Part shown: in pieces, positions 12,790 through 24,742 of the stretch | Layout of the letters: the number at the start of each line of letters is the position of its first letter | Position numbering within the stretch: position 1 is the stretch's first letter | Source of the DNA: Octopus sinensis | Lineage: Eukaryota | Reading direction: 5' to 3' | Assembly (NCBI RefSeq): GCF_006345805.1 | Contig: NC_043007.1 | Location: 64,170,001 to 64,234,000 of the forward strand | Length of the DNA stretch: 64,000 nucleotides | Notes under the pieces: model-generated | Seen by the model: the letters and a program-made list of their open reading frames with translations, nothing else | Told to the model about the DNA's origin: nothing | Database searches by the model: none | Program-made: the position numbers and the translations under genes

Positions 12790-12873
12790 CTCATTACAGC
12801 TGTTTCTTACACATTCTTTAGAAGAAGAATGAGAACATTACTTCATCATAAAAAAACGTAATCATCAGATGAA
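12790..12873 (-). ncRNA. type I hammerhead ribozyme motif with intact core and extended helix II
   Basis: Minus strand: UUCAU-CUGAUGA-UUACG[long hairpin]UGUAA-GAAA-CAGCUG-UA-AUGAG. Helix I UUCAU/AUGAG, helix II base UUACG/UGUAA, palindromic helix III, GUA triplet. Confidence 0.7.
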
Positions 12874-13289
12874 ACGTAATTTTACAAACGAAAGAATATC
12901 CCAAGAATATAGCAGGGACATAGCTGAAGTCTGTTGAGGCTAATTATGAAATGGGAGAATGGCCAACAAGATTGGCTGTTGTAGGCATTAGAAGGTGGGG
13001 TTAGGTTGATAATGTAGTTTGTGAAGGCATGTAATATGATATTTAAGGTTAGCGACATGTGTGAAATAGGGGTCTACTAGACTGGTTCTTTGGTAGGCTA
13101 GAGGTGGGGTGTAGGTTATATTTTATTAAACTAGGCTTAGTATATTATTAAACTAAGCTTCCTCCTCCTCCACCTCGGTACAGTTAACTGAAGAAAGGCT
13201 AGCTACTTTGTTGCTCTGGAAGTCAAGTCATATTTGGTCTTAACAAGGTCGAAACTTTAGCTGTTTCCCCAAATCAGCTTCTATCATCC

Positions 13290-13820
13290 ATTTTGTGCTG
13301 TGAAAATTAGTCCCTTGGTACTGTTCTTGAGTCTTTTCATTGGCCTTTCTTCTTACTTGACAAAAGCTATGCTTGATATACAGAAAAGGGGCTAGAAGGA
13401 ACTCCATACTTTGTACCCAATGTAATGTATGGGTGCACAAAAGGTGAAAGAGAAAAGGAAGAGGAAGAGGGGGGGGACTATATATATAACAGATGTACAG
13501 AAGTAGTTAGCTGAAGGAGAACCCACAAAATACAATATTACAACCATTCATGAAAAGGCTCACTAGAAGTAATTGACAGCTTCTGTTAACTAAGTGACTT
13601 GATTAGTAGAGAATGGAATGTAGTAAAACACTGTAGTCAGAGTTTTGACTGGATGGAAAATGTTCAGGGAACTATTCTTCTATGGACAACAAATAGTTTC
13701 TGTATTGAAATGAGGGACAGGTTATATGACACTGTTGTGTAAAATGCTATGTTGCATAGTAATGAGACATGAGTACTCAATGCAGATGTGTGAATGTAGG
13801 TTAAAAGCAATTAAGTGATG
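13290..13820 (+). mobile_element. old RTE LINE fragment, same family as 2935-6175
   Basis: GARRNSILCTQCNVWVHKR at about 13390-13445, plus degenerate FRELL..L...MRDRLYD...AMLHSNET at about 13660-13770. Confidence 0.65.
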
Positions 13821-14116
13821 AGGCACAAGCAATGAGAAACTTAGCTAAAAGTTTCCCATACCAGACACAATTAACTGCTTTGTTAATATCAACGGAACCA
13901 TTACTTTTGGCCAACTTTCAAGAACAAGAAATCTCTGAAATATACTGAAGGAGAACAAGTCTTTGAAAGATCTGGAACTAAGCAGACTGTACTGAGAAAG
14001 AGAGAGTCAAAGTGATAAAGGTGTTGGTTGTTTATGGTACTTGTATATGTTTTAGATAATGGAAGTGAGAGTCAAGTTACAAACTCAAAGAATTTAATAT
14101 GCTTAATTTTTATTAC

Positions 14117-14196
14117 TTGTACTCCTTCAGTTTTGAATGAACTGCCTTCATTTCCAAGAGGGTTGAATCCCTGTAATTGGACACAGGCCTTCTTAT
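14117..14196 (-). CDS. candidate internal coding exon (IRRPVSNYRDSTLLEMKAVHSKLKEY)
   Basis: Acceptor CTATTCTTATTGAACTAATAG|, donor AA|GTAATA, 80 nt. A second frame (KKACVQLQGFNPLG...) is also open, so the frame is uncertain. Confidence 0.25.
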
Positions 14197-14701
14197 CTAT
14201 TAGTTCAATAAGAATAGTAACAGACACACCATAACTTTATGGATACCATAAAAATAATCTTATAACCCCAATACACCAACATTACTAGTAATAAGTAAAC
14301 TGCATGGTCACACAACTTTTTAGAAATTGTAGCCCAATCTCCTTCAAATCACATCATAAAAGAAAAAAGGACACGCTGAGTATTCTAATCCACTACCTAA
14401 TAAAAAACTGGATGGTCATGAGTGAAACATCTTTGATCATAGATCTGTGCAGTCAGAGTTCCCCTGGGTTAGCATGGATTTTTAATGTCTGCACATTTGG
14501 GGTAGAGCATGGTACATAATTTTATTAACCTTAGATAGATGAAAGGCAAAGTTAACCTGGAGGCATTTTGAAGTCAGAATGTAAAGAATCATAACTAAAT
14601 ATTGCAAGGAATTTGGCCTTGCAGCACTTTGATGATTCTGCCACTTCAAACCCTTTGCCGGTATATCAAATAAATGCCCATCAAACATAACACAAAATTA
14701 C

Positions 14702-14748
14702 TGTGATATTTTGCACATTTGGATCAAACTCTGTACTGCCAATTACTT
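14702..14748 (-). CDS. candidate internal coding exon (VIGSTEFDPNVQNIT)
   Basis: Acceptor ATTTATTTCATTAG|, donor ACA|GTAATT, 47 nt, phase-compatible with the 14117-14196 candidate. Confidence 0.2.
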
Positions 14749-14963
14749 CTAATGAAATAAATTCAAAGAAACAAAGTTCTCATATACTGAACAAGTTGAC
14801 TGCATTTAGCTAAACTACAGATGCAAACAGTTTTCAGGCAGCTTAGGCAAATATCTTCTATCATAACCCTGGGCCACCCAAAGCATTGTAAGTGGATTTG
14901 GGAGATGGAAACTGAAACAAATCTTGTGTATGTGTGTGTGTGTGTGTGCGCGTGTGCACGCAC

Positions 14964-15000
<37 letters not shown>

Positions 15001-15097
15001 CATACACACACATATGCTTTTGAACAAACCATCAGTCAAGTATAGAGCATTTACTAAATTTCTGACAAGAAATTAAAATGACAAAAGAATAAAAAAT

Positions 15098-15260
15098 TGT
15101 CATGAACTTCATTAGCTTACAGCATATTGCATTTTATTTTTGAAGCTATGATGAAGCTATAGGGTAATACACAAGAACTCAACTATAATGCGTTGCACCT
15201 TAAAGCAGAAACAGCTGTAAGCTAATGAAGATCATGACATAATTTCTTATTCCTATTCTT
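15098..15260 (+). mobile_element. short foldback element with a degenerate hammerhead motif (copy A)
   Basis: 26-bp inverted repeat 15098-15123/15214-15239 (25/26 match); AAGCU-AUGAUGA-[helix II]-GAAA-CAGCUG-UA-AGCUA with a C3 to A change. Confidence 0.6.
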
Positions 15261-15439
15261 ATTCTTATGTCAGTTTCATTTCTTATTACTGCTCTGTACT
15301 TGACTGACACTTTGCACAGAGGCATATGTATATAGAATTCTAACACCAAGTTATTAGTATCACAATGCTTAAGCAAAATAATAAAATACAAAAACTCCCT
15401 TCTAGAAGAGTTCTAAAAACTAATAACCCTTTGACATTG

Positions 15440-15600
15440 GAAAATCTTATTTGGGAACTTCTCTAAGGAAAAACTGCACTTCATTTTTGAAGCTCCAATG
15501 AATCTATAGGGTGATACACAAGTATTCAACTTTGATGCATTGCACTGTATAGTAGAAACAGTTGTAACCTAATGTGGTTCACAATATAATTTCTTATCCC
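15440..15600 (+). mobile_element. diverged tandem copy B of the 15098 element
   Basis: CTATAGGGTGATACACAAGTATTCAACTTTGATGCATTGCAC...GAAACAGTTGTAACCTAATG aligns with copy A; GAAA boxes at 15208 and 15555. Confidence 0.6.
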
Positions 15601-15719
15601 CTTGTCATTTTAATTTCTTGTCCCACTGTGTGGAACCTTGGACAAGTGTTAACCAAAGCCTTGTGAGTGGATATGGTAGACAGAAACAGAAAGAAACCCT
15701 TCATATATATATATGACCA

Positions 15720-15925
15720 CATGTGTATCGTTGGCGATTTTTTTTTTTTTTCCTCCGTCTTCCCTTCTCTGGATCTTTCCATTTCCTATGTTTCTGACGA
15801 AGAGCTCTGCTCGAAATGTTAAACCCTCCTTCTTCCCTTCCTTCCTGAGCGTCCAATAATACTATATTTGTTCCACGTCCTCGCGTTGTTGTGTTTTCTC
15901 TTTGTTTTCATGTTTGGATTAACTA
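15720..15925 (+). mobile_element. Penelope-like LTR remnant with a minimal hammerhead (15790-15824)
   Basis: GUUU-CUGACGA-A-GAGC UCU GCUC-GAAA-UGUU-AAAC inside a pyrimidine-rich unit; no Penelope protein sequence seen nearby, so the PLE assignment is inferred. Confidence 0.55.
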
Positions 15926-15949
15926 TGTATATATATATATATATTTGTA

Positions 15950-15980
<31 letters not shown>

Positions 15981-16407
15981 GGTATTTAGAGATAGTAGTC
16001 CCCTTCATCCCACCATATAAAAAATTTTTTATTTAATTTAATAGTAGTAACTCATTTCTCAGCTACACGTGTTTCTTGAGGTTCTTTTACGGTTCTTTAA
16101 GTATGCACTGTTTTTCAGGAACCTTTCTTAAAATGTAACCCCAGTCATCAGGCTTCTAATAACTTTATCATAGTTCGATACCAAATACTATATTTTAATT
16201 TTAACATATAAGTATATGTATGTGTAAATAGGTTCGCTGATGATTGGGGTTACATTTTAAGAAAGGTTCCTGCAAAACACTGTGTGCTTAAGGAACCGTA
16301 AAAGAACCTCAAGAAACACGTGTAGCTGAGAAATGAGTAGTAAGTATTAAATTAAATTAAAATTCTTTTATATGGTGGGATGAAGGGGACTACTCTCTCT
16401 AAATAAC
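15981..16407. mobile_element. 427-bp foldback element (171-bp arms, 85-bp spacer) with a hammerhead motif in each arm
   Basis: Arms 15981-16151 and 16237-16407 are near-perfect reverse complements; each reads CUGAUGA...GAAACACGUGUA outward; embedded in (TA)n. Confidence 0.85.
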
Positions 16408-16479
16408 ATATATATTTCCTCATTGAGAATAATTTGAACCCCTGTGATGGCAGAATTTTTATTCCCTAATAAATAAAAT

Positions 16480-16532
<53 letters not shown>

Positions 16533-16579
16533 ATGTATGTATGTATGTAATGTATGTATGTATTACGTATATGTGTGTG

Positions 16580-16789
16580 TATGTTTGTGTGTGTATGTTT
16601 GTCCCCCACCATTGCTTGACAACCGATGTTGGTGTGATCATGACCCTGCAACCTAACGGTTTGGCAAAAGTGACTGATAGAATAAGTACTAGGCTTATAA
16701 AGAATAAGTCCTGGGATTGATTTGTTCAACTAAAGGCAGTGCTCCAGCATGGCCACAGTCAAATGTCTGAAACAAATAAAAGAATGAAA

Positions 16790-16790
<1 letters not shown>
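16580..16790 (+). mobile_element. SINE family A 3' half
   Basis: TTTGTCCCCCACCATTGCTTGACAACCGATGTTGG...GCTCCAGCATGGCCACAGTCAAATG.CTGAAAC. Confidence 0.75.
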
Positions 16791-16849
<59 letters not shown>

Positions 16850-16850
<1 letters not shown>

Positions 16851-17300
16851 CATCATTTAACATTCATTTTTCCATGCTGGCATGGGTTGAATGGTTTGAC
16901 AGGAGCTACCCAGCTGGAGAGCTGCCTGGGCTCAATATCTGTTTTGGCATGGTTTCTATGGCTAGATGCCCCTCCAAACACCAACTACTTTACAGAATGC
17001 AGCATCAGCATGGGTCCTTTTTACATGGCACTGGCACCCATGAGCCCACAAGATTAGGAATGCAGGGGACATGCCTGTATGCAAGGATGACCACATATCT
17101 ACTTAGCATGATGTGTCTTCTCAAGCATAACAAACTGTCAGATATCTTGTTACCCTGTCATCCTCTCTGTCAGGCCCAACATCTGAAGATCTTTTCTCAC
17201 CACTTCATCCCATATCTTCCTGGATCTACCCCTTCCACAATTAGAGCTCAGCACTTCTTGATGCAATTGTCTTCATTCATACACCACATGACTGTACCAG
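16850..17300 (-). mobile_element. RTE LINE 3' fragment
   Basis: Reverse-complement RTE tail (CATCATTTAACATTCATTTTTCCATGCTGGCATGGG...) followed by sequence resembling the RTE C-terminal region. Confidence 0.65.
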
Positions 17301-17340
17301 CAGAGTCATATATATATATATGCATACATACATATATATA

Positions 17341-18610
17341 CAGGGGTTGGACAAAATAATGGAAACACCTCGCATCATAGCATCATGATTTTGAAATACC
17401 TATAAAACCACCAAAAGCTTGTTTATTTTTATGTTTTGTGATTTATTATTAGTATTGCTTAATATATTTTGCTAAAATTACTGCTTCTTTTCAGATATCA
17501 GGAAAAGGTAATTAAAATTCATTAAAATAACAGATCTATCAGACTTTCAAAGGGGACAAGTTGTTGGTGTTCATATGGCAGGTGCTAGCATAATGAAAAC
17601 AGCCGAAATGTTTTGTGTATCAAGAAGTACTGTCTTGAAAGTAATGACAGCCTTTGCAAAAGAGGGAAAAACCTCCTCATCAATACAAAACTGCAGTAGA
17701 AAACCAAAACTTTCAGATAGGGACCATCAGACTCTTATGTGAATTGTTAGAAAGGATCACAAAAGTACAGCTCCCAAAATTACTGCAGAGCTTAATGACC
17801 ACCTTGAGAACCCAGTTTCCACAAAAGCTGTTTGCCAGCAGCTGCACAAAGCCAGATTTCACAGAAGTGCTGGAATCAGAAAACCACTACTTTAAAAAGC
17901 AAACGTTGCAAAGTGTTTAGAGTGGAGTAAAAACCTACAGAATTGGTCCCTAGAGCAGTGGAAGAATGTTATTTACTCAGATGAATCATCCTTTACCTCA
18001 TTTCCGACCACCGGCCGAGTAAACATGTGGAGACAGCCAAAAGAAGTATTTGACCCAGACTGCTTTCTTCCAACTGTTAATCATGGAGGAAGATCTGTGA
18101 TGATCTGGGTGTCTATACCTTGGAAATCTGCCATCCCAATGGTTTCCCTTCATGGCAGAATTAATAGTCAAGACTATTTAAGCATTTTATCTTATCAATT
18201 TCACCCTATAGTTGTGGAACTGTTTCCAGAGGGAAACACAATCTTTCAGGATGATAATGCATCAATTCACACAGCTAAAGTTGTTACTGAATAGCATGAG
18301 GAACATTCTAGTGAAGTTGAACATCTTATCTGGCCACCACAGTCCCCAGATCTTAATATTATTGAACATTTATGGTGCATTTTAGAAAAACAAGTAAGGA
18401 TTCGATATCCTCCACCATCATCACTACAAGAACTGGAGACTGTTTTAGCTTAAGACTGGACAAAAATTATTTTGGAAACAATTCAAACTTTGTATGACTC
18501 CATATCTCTGAGACTTCAAATTGTAATTACTGCCAAAAGTGGTCCTACCCCACATTAAAATAAATTTGTTTGAAATGTTAAGGTATTTCCATTATTTTGT
18601 CCAACCCCTG
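17341..18610 (+). mobile_element. complete Tc1-family DNA transposon, DD36E spacing (Incomer-like), inactivated
   Basis: About 30-bp TIRs CAGGGGTTGGACAAAATAATGGAAA(C/T)ACCT, TA on both sides, 1270 bp. Colinear 344-codon transposase frame 17527-18558 with ATG changed to ATA and four in-frame stops; motifs YSDES, FQDDNA, SPDLNIIE. Confidence 0.95.
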
Positions 18611-18658
18611 TATATACATACATACATACATACATACATACATACATACATACATACA

Positions 18659-18694
<36 letters not shown>

Positions 18695-18838
18695 TATATA
18701 TACACACACATACATATATATATATATATACACACACATACATATATATATATACATATATATATATACATATATATACATATACATATACATACATACA
18801 TATATATATATATACACACATACATTATACATACATAC

Positions 18839-18888
<50 letters not shown>

Positions 18889-19025
18889 ATCTTCTTTTAT
18901 TCTGTTATATGTTTCAACCTTAAGGTTATGGTCATGCTAGAACACTGCCAGTATATACACACACATGCACACATACATATACATGCATGTGTACGCACAC
19001 ACACACACACACACGTATACATGTG
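18611..19025. repeat. compound (TACA)n/(TA)n/(CA)n microsatellite
   Basis: Directly visible, abutting the right TA of the Tc1 element. Confidence 0.95.
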
Positions 19026-20317
19026 TATGTGTTTGTGTCTCTTTGTCTTGACATCCCTGTTATGCAGTTGGTGTTAATAATTTCCAATCTTCTGTGAAAA
19101 CATATCCAAGCCTGGGGAAACATTACTTTTCTTGGAAACAAGTGACAGGAAAGGTGTCCAGCAGTAGAAAATATGCCTGAAAGAATTTTGTGTGATCCAT
19201 TCACTCATGAAAAAGAGGACATTAAAACAATGACTATGATGATGATGATGATGATAATGACAATGGCAACAATGACGATGATGATGATGATGATGATTGG
19301 GGAAAAACCATATAATGAATAGTTAATACAAAACCTGACATATTCTGTTCATTACACAGTTAACAAGCTAACCTCTGTGTGATCATCTGATCTACTCAAA
19401 AATGTAACCAAATACTCCACAAATCACACTTCATCACCTGAGAAAAGAAAGATAGAATTTACACAACGGCCCAAATGCATTGTTTGAAAAAAACAAGATG
19501 GGATGGTCATGAATAAAATGTTTTGATTATAGGTCTGTTCCATCAGAGCTGACTTGGAGTTAAACAACAGCTACATCAAAGCAACACTGACACAGCTGAA
19601 CACTGCGTGTTAGAATGTGTAAGCATAATTCCAGAAGAGACTTGATTTAACTTTGACATACATCTAGGCTGTGACACCCCTTGTTGCTCTTCAATCATTT
19701 GATTGGCTGTCTATGTGTCTTAGATGTTGAATAAAGCTGACTGAAGCGAAGCCACTCAACAGTGACATTAGCAGGCAACTTCTTGTTAAGTTTGGAGTAA
19801 ATTAAAAGATAAGTTTTCTGTGTAATCTTTGAAGGCTATCATACATATTTATATAAGCTATCATTGCATTTGATTTGAGTTAGGCTTTAAGTAAAACTGA
19901 CTCAGCCAAGAGGGCAAATTCATATATGTTGCAGCTTCTAAAGTTAGCAGCAGCAGCAGTTTGTTTCTAATATCCACACACTAGTACTATTACTACTACT
20001 ACTGTTGTTGCCATTAATACTAATAGTAGTATTGCAGCATCAATATCAGTAGCTGCAGAGACGGCGGTGGTGATGACCGCAGCGGTGGTGGCAGTGGTGT
20101 GTGTGTGTGGCAGTGATAGTGGTGGTAGCAGTAGCAGTAGTAGTTGTAGTAGTAGTAAAGTTTATTATGAAATATTGAAATTCGTCTCAGAAATCTCCAA
20201 CTGCCTCATTGCAGTAACATAACACTTCTTTGTATTATGTTATGTTGCTTAGATGTATGTGTATTTGTATGTATATGTGTAATTCACATGAGTATATTTG
20301 GGGGTGGTATGTTTGTG

Positions 20318-20376
<59 letters not shown>

Positions 20377-21544
20377 TTACATATATACAACACATACATA
20401 CACACAAACACACACACATGCACACAAACATACATACATTTGCCTACATGTGTCTGTCTTTCTTTCTACATATTAACATAAATGTATATATATGGTGCTC
20501 CAGCATGGCTGCACTCAAATGACTGAAACAAGTAAAAGAATAAAAGTATGTATGTGTGTGTGTGTGTGTGTGTGTGTAGGTTTTTATACCCTTATATGAG
20601 CACATGTTTATGTGTTATTTTTATATCTATATTTATCTACACATACATATATAACTGACATACATACACATATACATAAATCATCTCTTATTACTATGCG
20701 CAAGGTCAATTTCATTAACAGGATGGGAGTATAGATTTTTATTTATTTAAATATATATATATATATCTTATTGACTAATTTTGGCCTAAGTATAATACTG
20801 GTGAACTAAAAAGGAAGCATCTGCATTTGTCCTGATAAAAATAAGGGCTAAATCTCTCTGAAATTACTTTCTGCCATCTGAAAGAAAAAAAAGAAAAAAA
20901 AAGGAAAGTAAAAAAATCACATTAGAAAGTTAAGGATGTACCATGTCTGAAAGAAAAGTGGGAATGCTTAGAATGCTTCTGATCATAGGTCTGCTTTTGT
21001 AGAGCTTACTTGAGGCTAAATGACAATTGGTGCTTATTTTATTTACCCTTTCTTTTGACTAGAAATTATAGACCTTTTTATATTGAAAAACAGTGTTTGT
21101 TCGACTGATATGATAATATAACTATGAAGTTCTTTATTAAATGCCAAATGTTTCCCAGTGTACTTAAGACTAGTTGTTAAGATATTAGGGTATGATTTCA
21201 TGTAGATTTAGGCACCATTCCCAACATGTCAAGAATCAAGGAAAAGCAGAATAACTAAATAGTTTGAGATCTGTTCTAGTCTTTAATCACCAACAAACTA
21301 ACCTTTACCTGATTACTTGACCTGCTAAAAGAAGAAAAAGAAAACTAAATTAAACTCCACTCAAATACCACTTTACAATCTTAAAAAGAGAAAGATGCAT
21401 TTTTGATAAAAGTTCTGCTGTATTGTCAGAAAATAAGATTGTATGGTCATTCATTGGGTTGTAAGTTTACGGGACATCATACCTTAATATCTTAATGACT
21501 AGCCTTAAGTACACTGGGAAACATCTTGCATTTAATAAAGAACT

Positions 21545-21840
21545 TCGATACGTAAAAAGCACCATCCGATCGTGGCCGTTGCAAGCCTCGCTTGGCCTCC
21601 GTGCCGGTGGCACGTAAAAAGCACCATCCGATCGTGACTGTTTGCCAGCCTCGTCTGGCACGTAAAAAGTGCCCACTACACTCATGGAGTGGTTGGTGTT
21701 AGGAAGGGCATCCAGCCGTAGAAACATTGCCAGATCAGACTGGGCCTGGTGCAGCCTTCTGGCTTCCCAGACCCCAGTTGAACTGTCCAACCCATGCCAG
21801 CATGGAAAGTGGATGCTAAATGATGATGATGATGATGATT
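21545..21840 (+). mobile_element. RTE 3' UTR-derived element with internal tandem motif
   Basis: Three copies of (GGCA)CGTAAAAAG(C/T)(A/G)CC, then the RTE tail ending in (GAT)n. Confidence 0.75.
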
Positions 21841-21955
21841 ATCATATCAGTCGAGCAAAGTAAGATGTGGATAAAGGCTTGAAAATTTACAGAGCAGAGT
21901 GAAATGATATGATGATCCTGGAATAAAAGGGTGATTGATGATTTTAATGACTTAA

Positions 21956-22170
21956 TCCTTTAGTATTTAAACAGGCCATATCCAGCCCAAATATTCTACT
22001 TGTTTTATGTTCAAACTAGCTAGATCTGGCTTCTCACCTTCCTGACAATGTCATTCTAAAAGTAAAATGCTCATATCATTGAAATCTTGAAGCTACAAGA
22101 AAATGCATGATTAATTCAAAACAATGTGAATAAATAAGTATTTTGACAAAGTAATCTGAATGCGAAAGGG
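21956..22170. mobile_element. piggyBac-type MITE
   Basis: TTAA at 21952-21955, left end (T)CCTTTAG, right end GAAAGGG followed by a degenerate CTAG target; about 215 bp, non-coding. Confidence 0.6.
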
Positions 22171-24742
22171 CTAGACCATTTTATACCAAGTTGGGATTGT
22201 AAAGGTATTATGACCCATGGATGTGCATCTGTGTTGAAGAAAGTAATAAGTCTTTAATTTTACAGATTCATAAGTATACAACTTGTCTTAAACTTCAGTT
22301 TTGATTTTAAGGCTTAAACCATATTTTACATTTTTAATTCTTTGTTCTTTTTTTCTTTTCTTCTTTTTTGTAAGGGTTTTCAGAAAATTTATCAGCAGGC
22401 ATTTTCAAATTTAGATACAGGCAAGGGGTTTCACTTGTATTTCTGTAATGTGTATAATGACATCATAACTAAATACACTTGTTGGACAATATGTTTCTGA
22501 AATGCTTGCAGTTCTTACTCAAGAATACGCATTGAAAAACAAAGATTGACATCATTAACCAAGTGAGCCAAAGAAGGAAACTCTACATGGTTGCACATCT
22601 TGCAAAGAACATGAGCCAAATAATCTTCAAATCACATCCTAACCTCTTATTAGATAATGTGACCCTAGACAGATTATGTCAGGAAAGGAAAAAAACAGGG
22701 TGGTCATGACAAGAACAATTTTGATCATTCATCTGTTCAATTAGAACTAGCTTGGAGCTAAACAACAACTCATATATAAATTAACTTTATTAGCATTAGG
22801 AGGATGTATTTTTATATGACTGATGGAAATTCATAATAAATTAGGAGAATATCTACCTTGTGATAAATATCCTGTGTATGATGAGTAAAATGAGGAAGGG
22901 ACTGTTGCTCATCAGCCATCCTGCGCACACACACACACACACATACACACCACATGCACACAGCTCACATAAAGCAAGATAACTTCCTCATTTCCTCCCT
23001 TCAGTCTCAGAACAACAAAAAGAGGTCATGGCACTGCCCTTCCTTTTCTGACAGAACCATTAAAAAAAAAAATAAATACAAACAGGCAACTCTTGGGTTA
23101 AGCTGAATGCTGGAGTGACTTCTCCAGACTTACAAGAAGAGTTGAATTCAGAATTGAATACCACTTGTTAATAAAGAAATCCTGCCATTTCCCAAAGCAA
23201 GAATTATTCTTTACACTTCAAAATACATTTTCAGCAAGTACAGAGCTATTTGAGAGTTACATGTCTTGGCTAGAGACATAATACCCAACACAGTAATTAG
23301 AATCAGATATGATTCATTGTTCAACCATACTTCCATATCTGTCTAGCTATTTATCTGTTTGTATATCAATTTATTTATCTATCTACATACATAATAGAGT
23401 ACATATGTGCGTGTGCGTGTTTTAATAAAGAAAGCTGCTTATTAATTAGTTTTAAGTATGTAATCTTTTACTTAAAAAAAAACAATTATTAAATTCTACA
23501 GTCTACAAAATTTCAATTCTAATACATTTTTATCAAAATGTGGTTTTCTTATATATTTATTGAAAATTTCAACCACACACTAAGCAGAAAACTAATTTTT
23601 ATTCATTTTGATGTATGTTTTTTTAACATGTTACATTTTATCTCCTTTCTTTTACTGTTTCCTTGCAATGATGTCTGTCTATCTGTCTGTGTCACTTTCT
23701 ATCTCCTCCTTGTTTACTGCCTCTATTCCTATTAGTCTTTCTATTTCTATATAGCTCATTTTCATCTCCATCATTTTCTTTTTTTTAACATCTTTCCTTT
23801 GTCTTTGTCTTTTCTCTCTCATTGGGCTCCTTCCCTTGTTTTTTCATTTGATATTTTTTGTATTTTTCCCTGAACACACTTTCCTTTTCCTTCTTTGTAA
23901 TGCTCTCTCTCTCTCTTTCCCTGTCTGTCTGTCTCTGTCTGTCTGTCTCTATCTCTCTCTCTCTCTTGCTTATATTCAATTATTTTCATTAAAAATAAGT
24001 GATTATGCAAAGTTTTTCTTTACATTATGTATATAATTCCTCATCTCTTAAATATAGAACTGTAAGTTTTTCTTTGATGTACTCGCAGTTATTTGTGAAT
24101 AGTTTTACCTAATATTTCTTTATCGTATAAAAATTGCCTGGAATTTTTTTATTTATGTATTAGCAGACATACTCATCATACCTTCATAGAATTAAATTTT
24201 ATCATGTAGCATTCTTATTAGCAAAAGACAAAACTGTCACAATATAACAATTATACTCAAATCAGACAAGGCAGACCATCTCACAATGATAGTACTTTCA
24301 TAACATATATAAAAACCTAATATATAAATATAACAAATGACATTCATAAACTACTGAGAAACAACACCACATAGAGATGCAGGATTTCAATAAACTTATA
24401 CATGCCACCACCATCCTCACCAACCATTCCTTCAGATTATCTACAGCCATTTCACATACATCTAGCTATCAAACAGTGAACAAGAGAGGTGACCAATAAT
24501 CATTAGAGCCCAATTTCTTTTATATCAACATGCATGCCATCTCCATCTATTTGACAAGCTTCTGTACTATTTAAGTCAACTTAATTTCACCCACAAGTAC
24601 AAAACTACTTGCCCAAGATGCCACACAATAGGATTAAACATGTTGCAACAGAAGTGCAAAGTGTGTGTGTGTGGTTAAGAAGTTCACTTTGCTACCAAAT
24701 GGTTATGAGTTCAGTCCCACTTTGCAGCACTTTCAACATCCA

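Noticed and set aside
9394-14732. Exact 17-mer CATTTGGATCAAACTCT at 9394 and 14716
   Set aside because: No extension on either side; a single such match is plausible by chance in 64 kb of AT-rich DNA.
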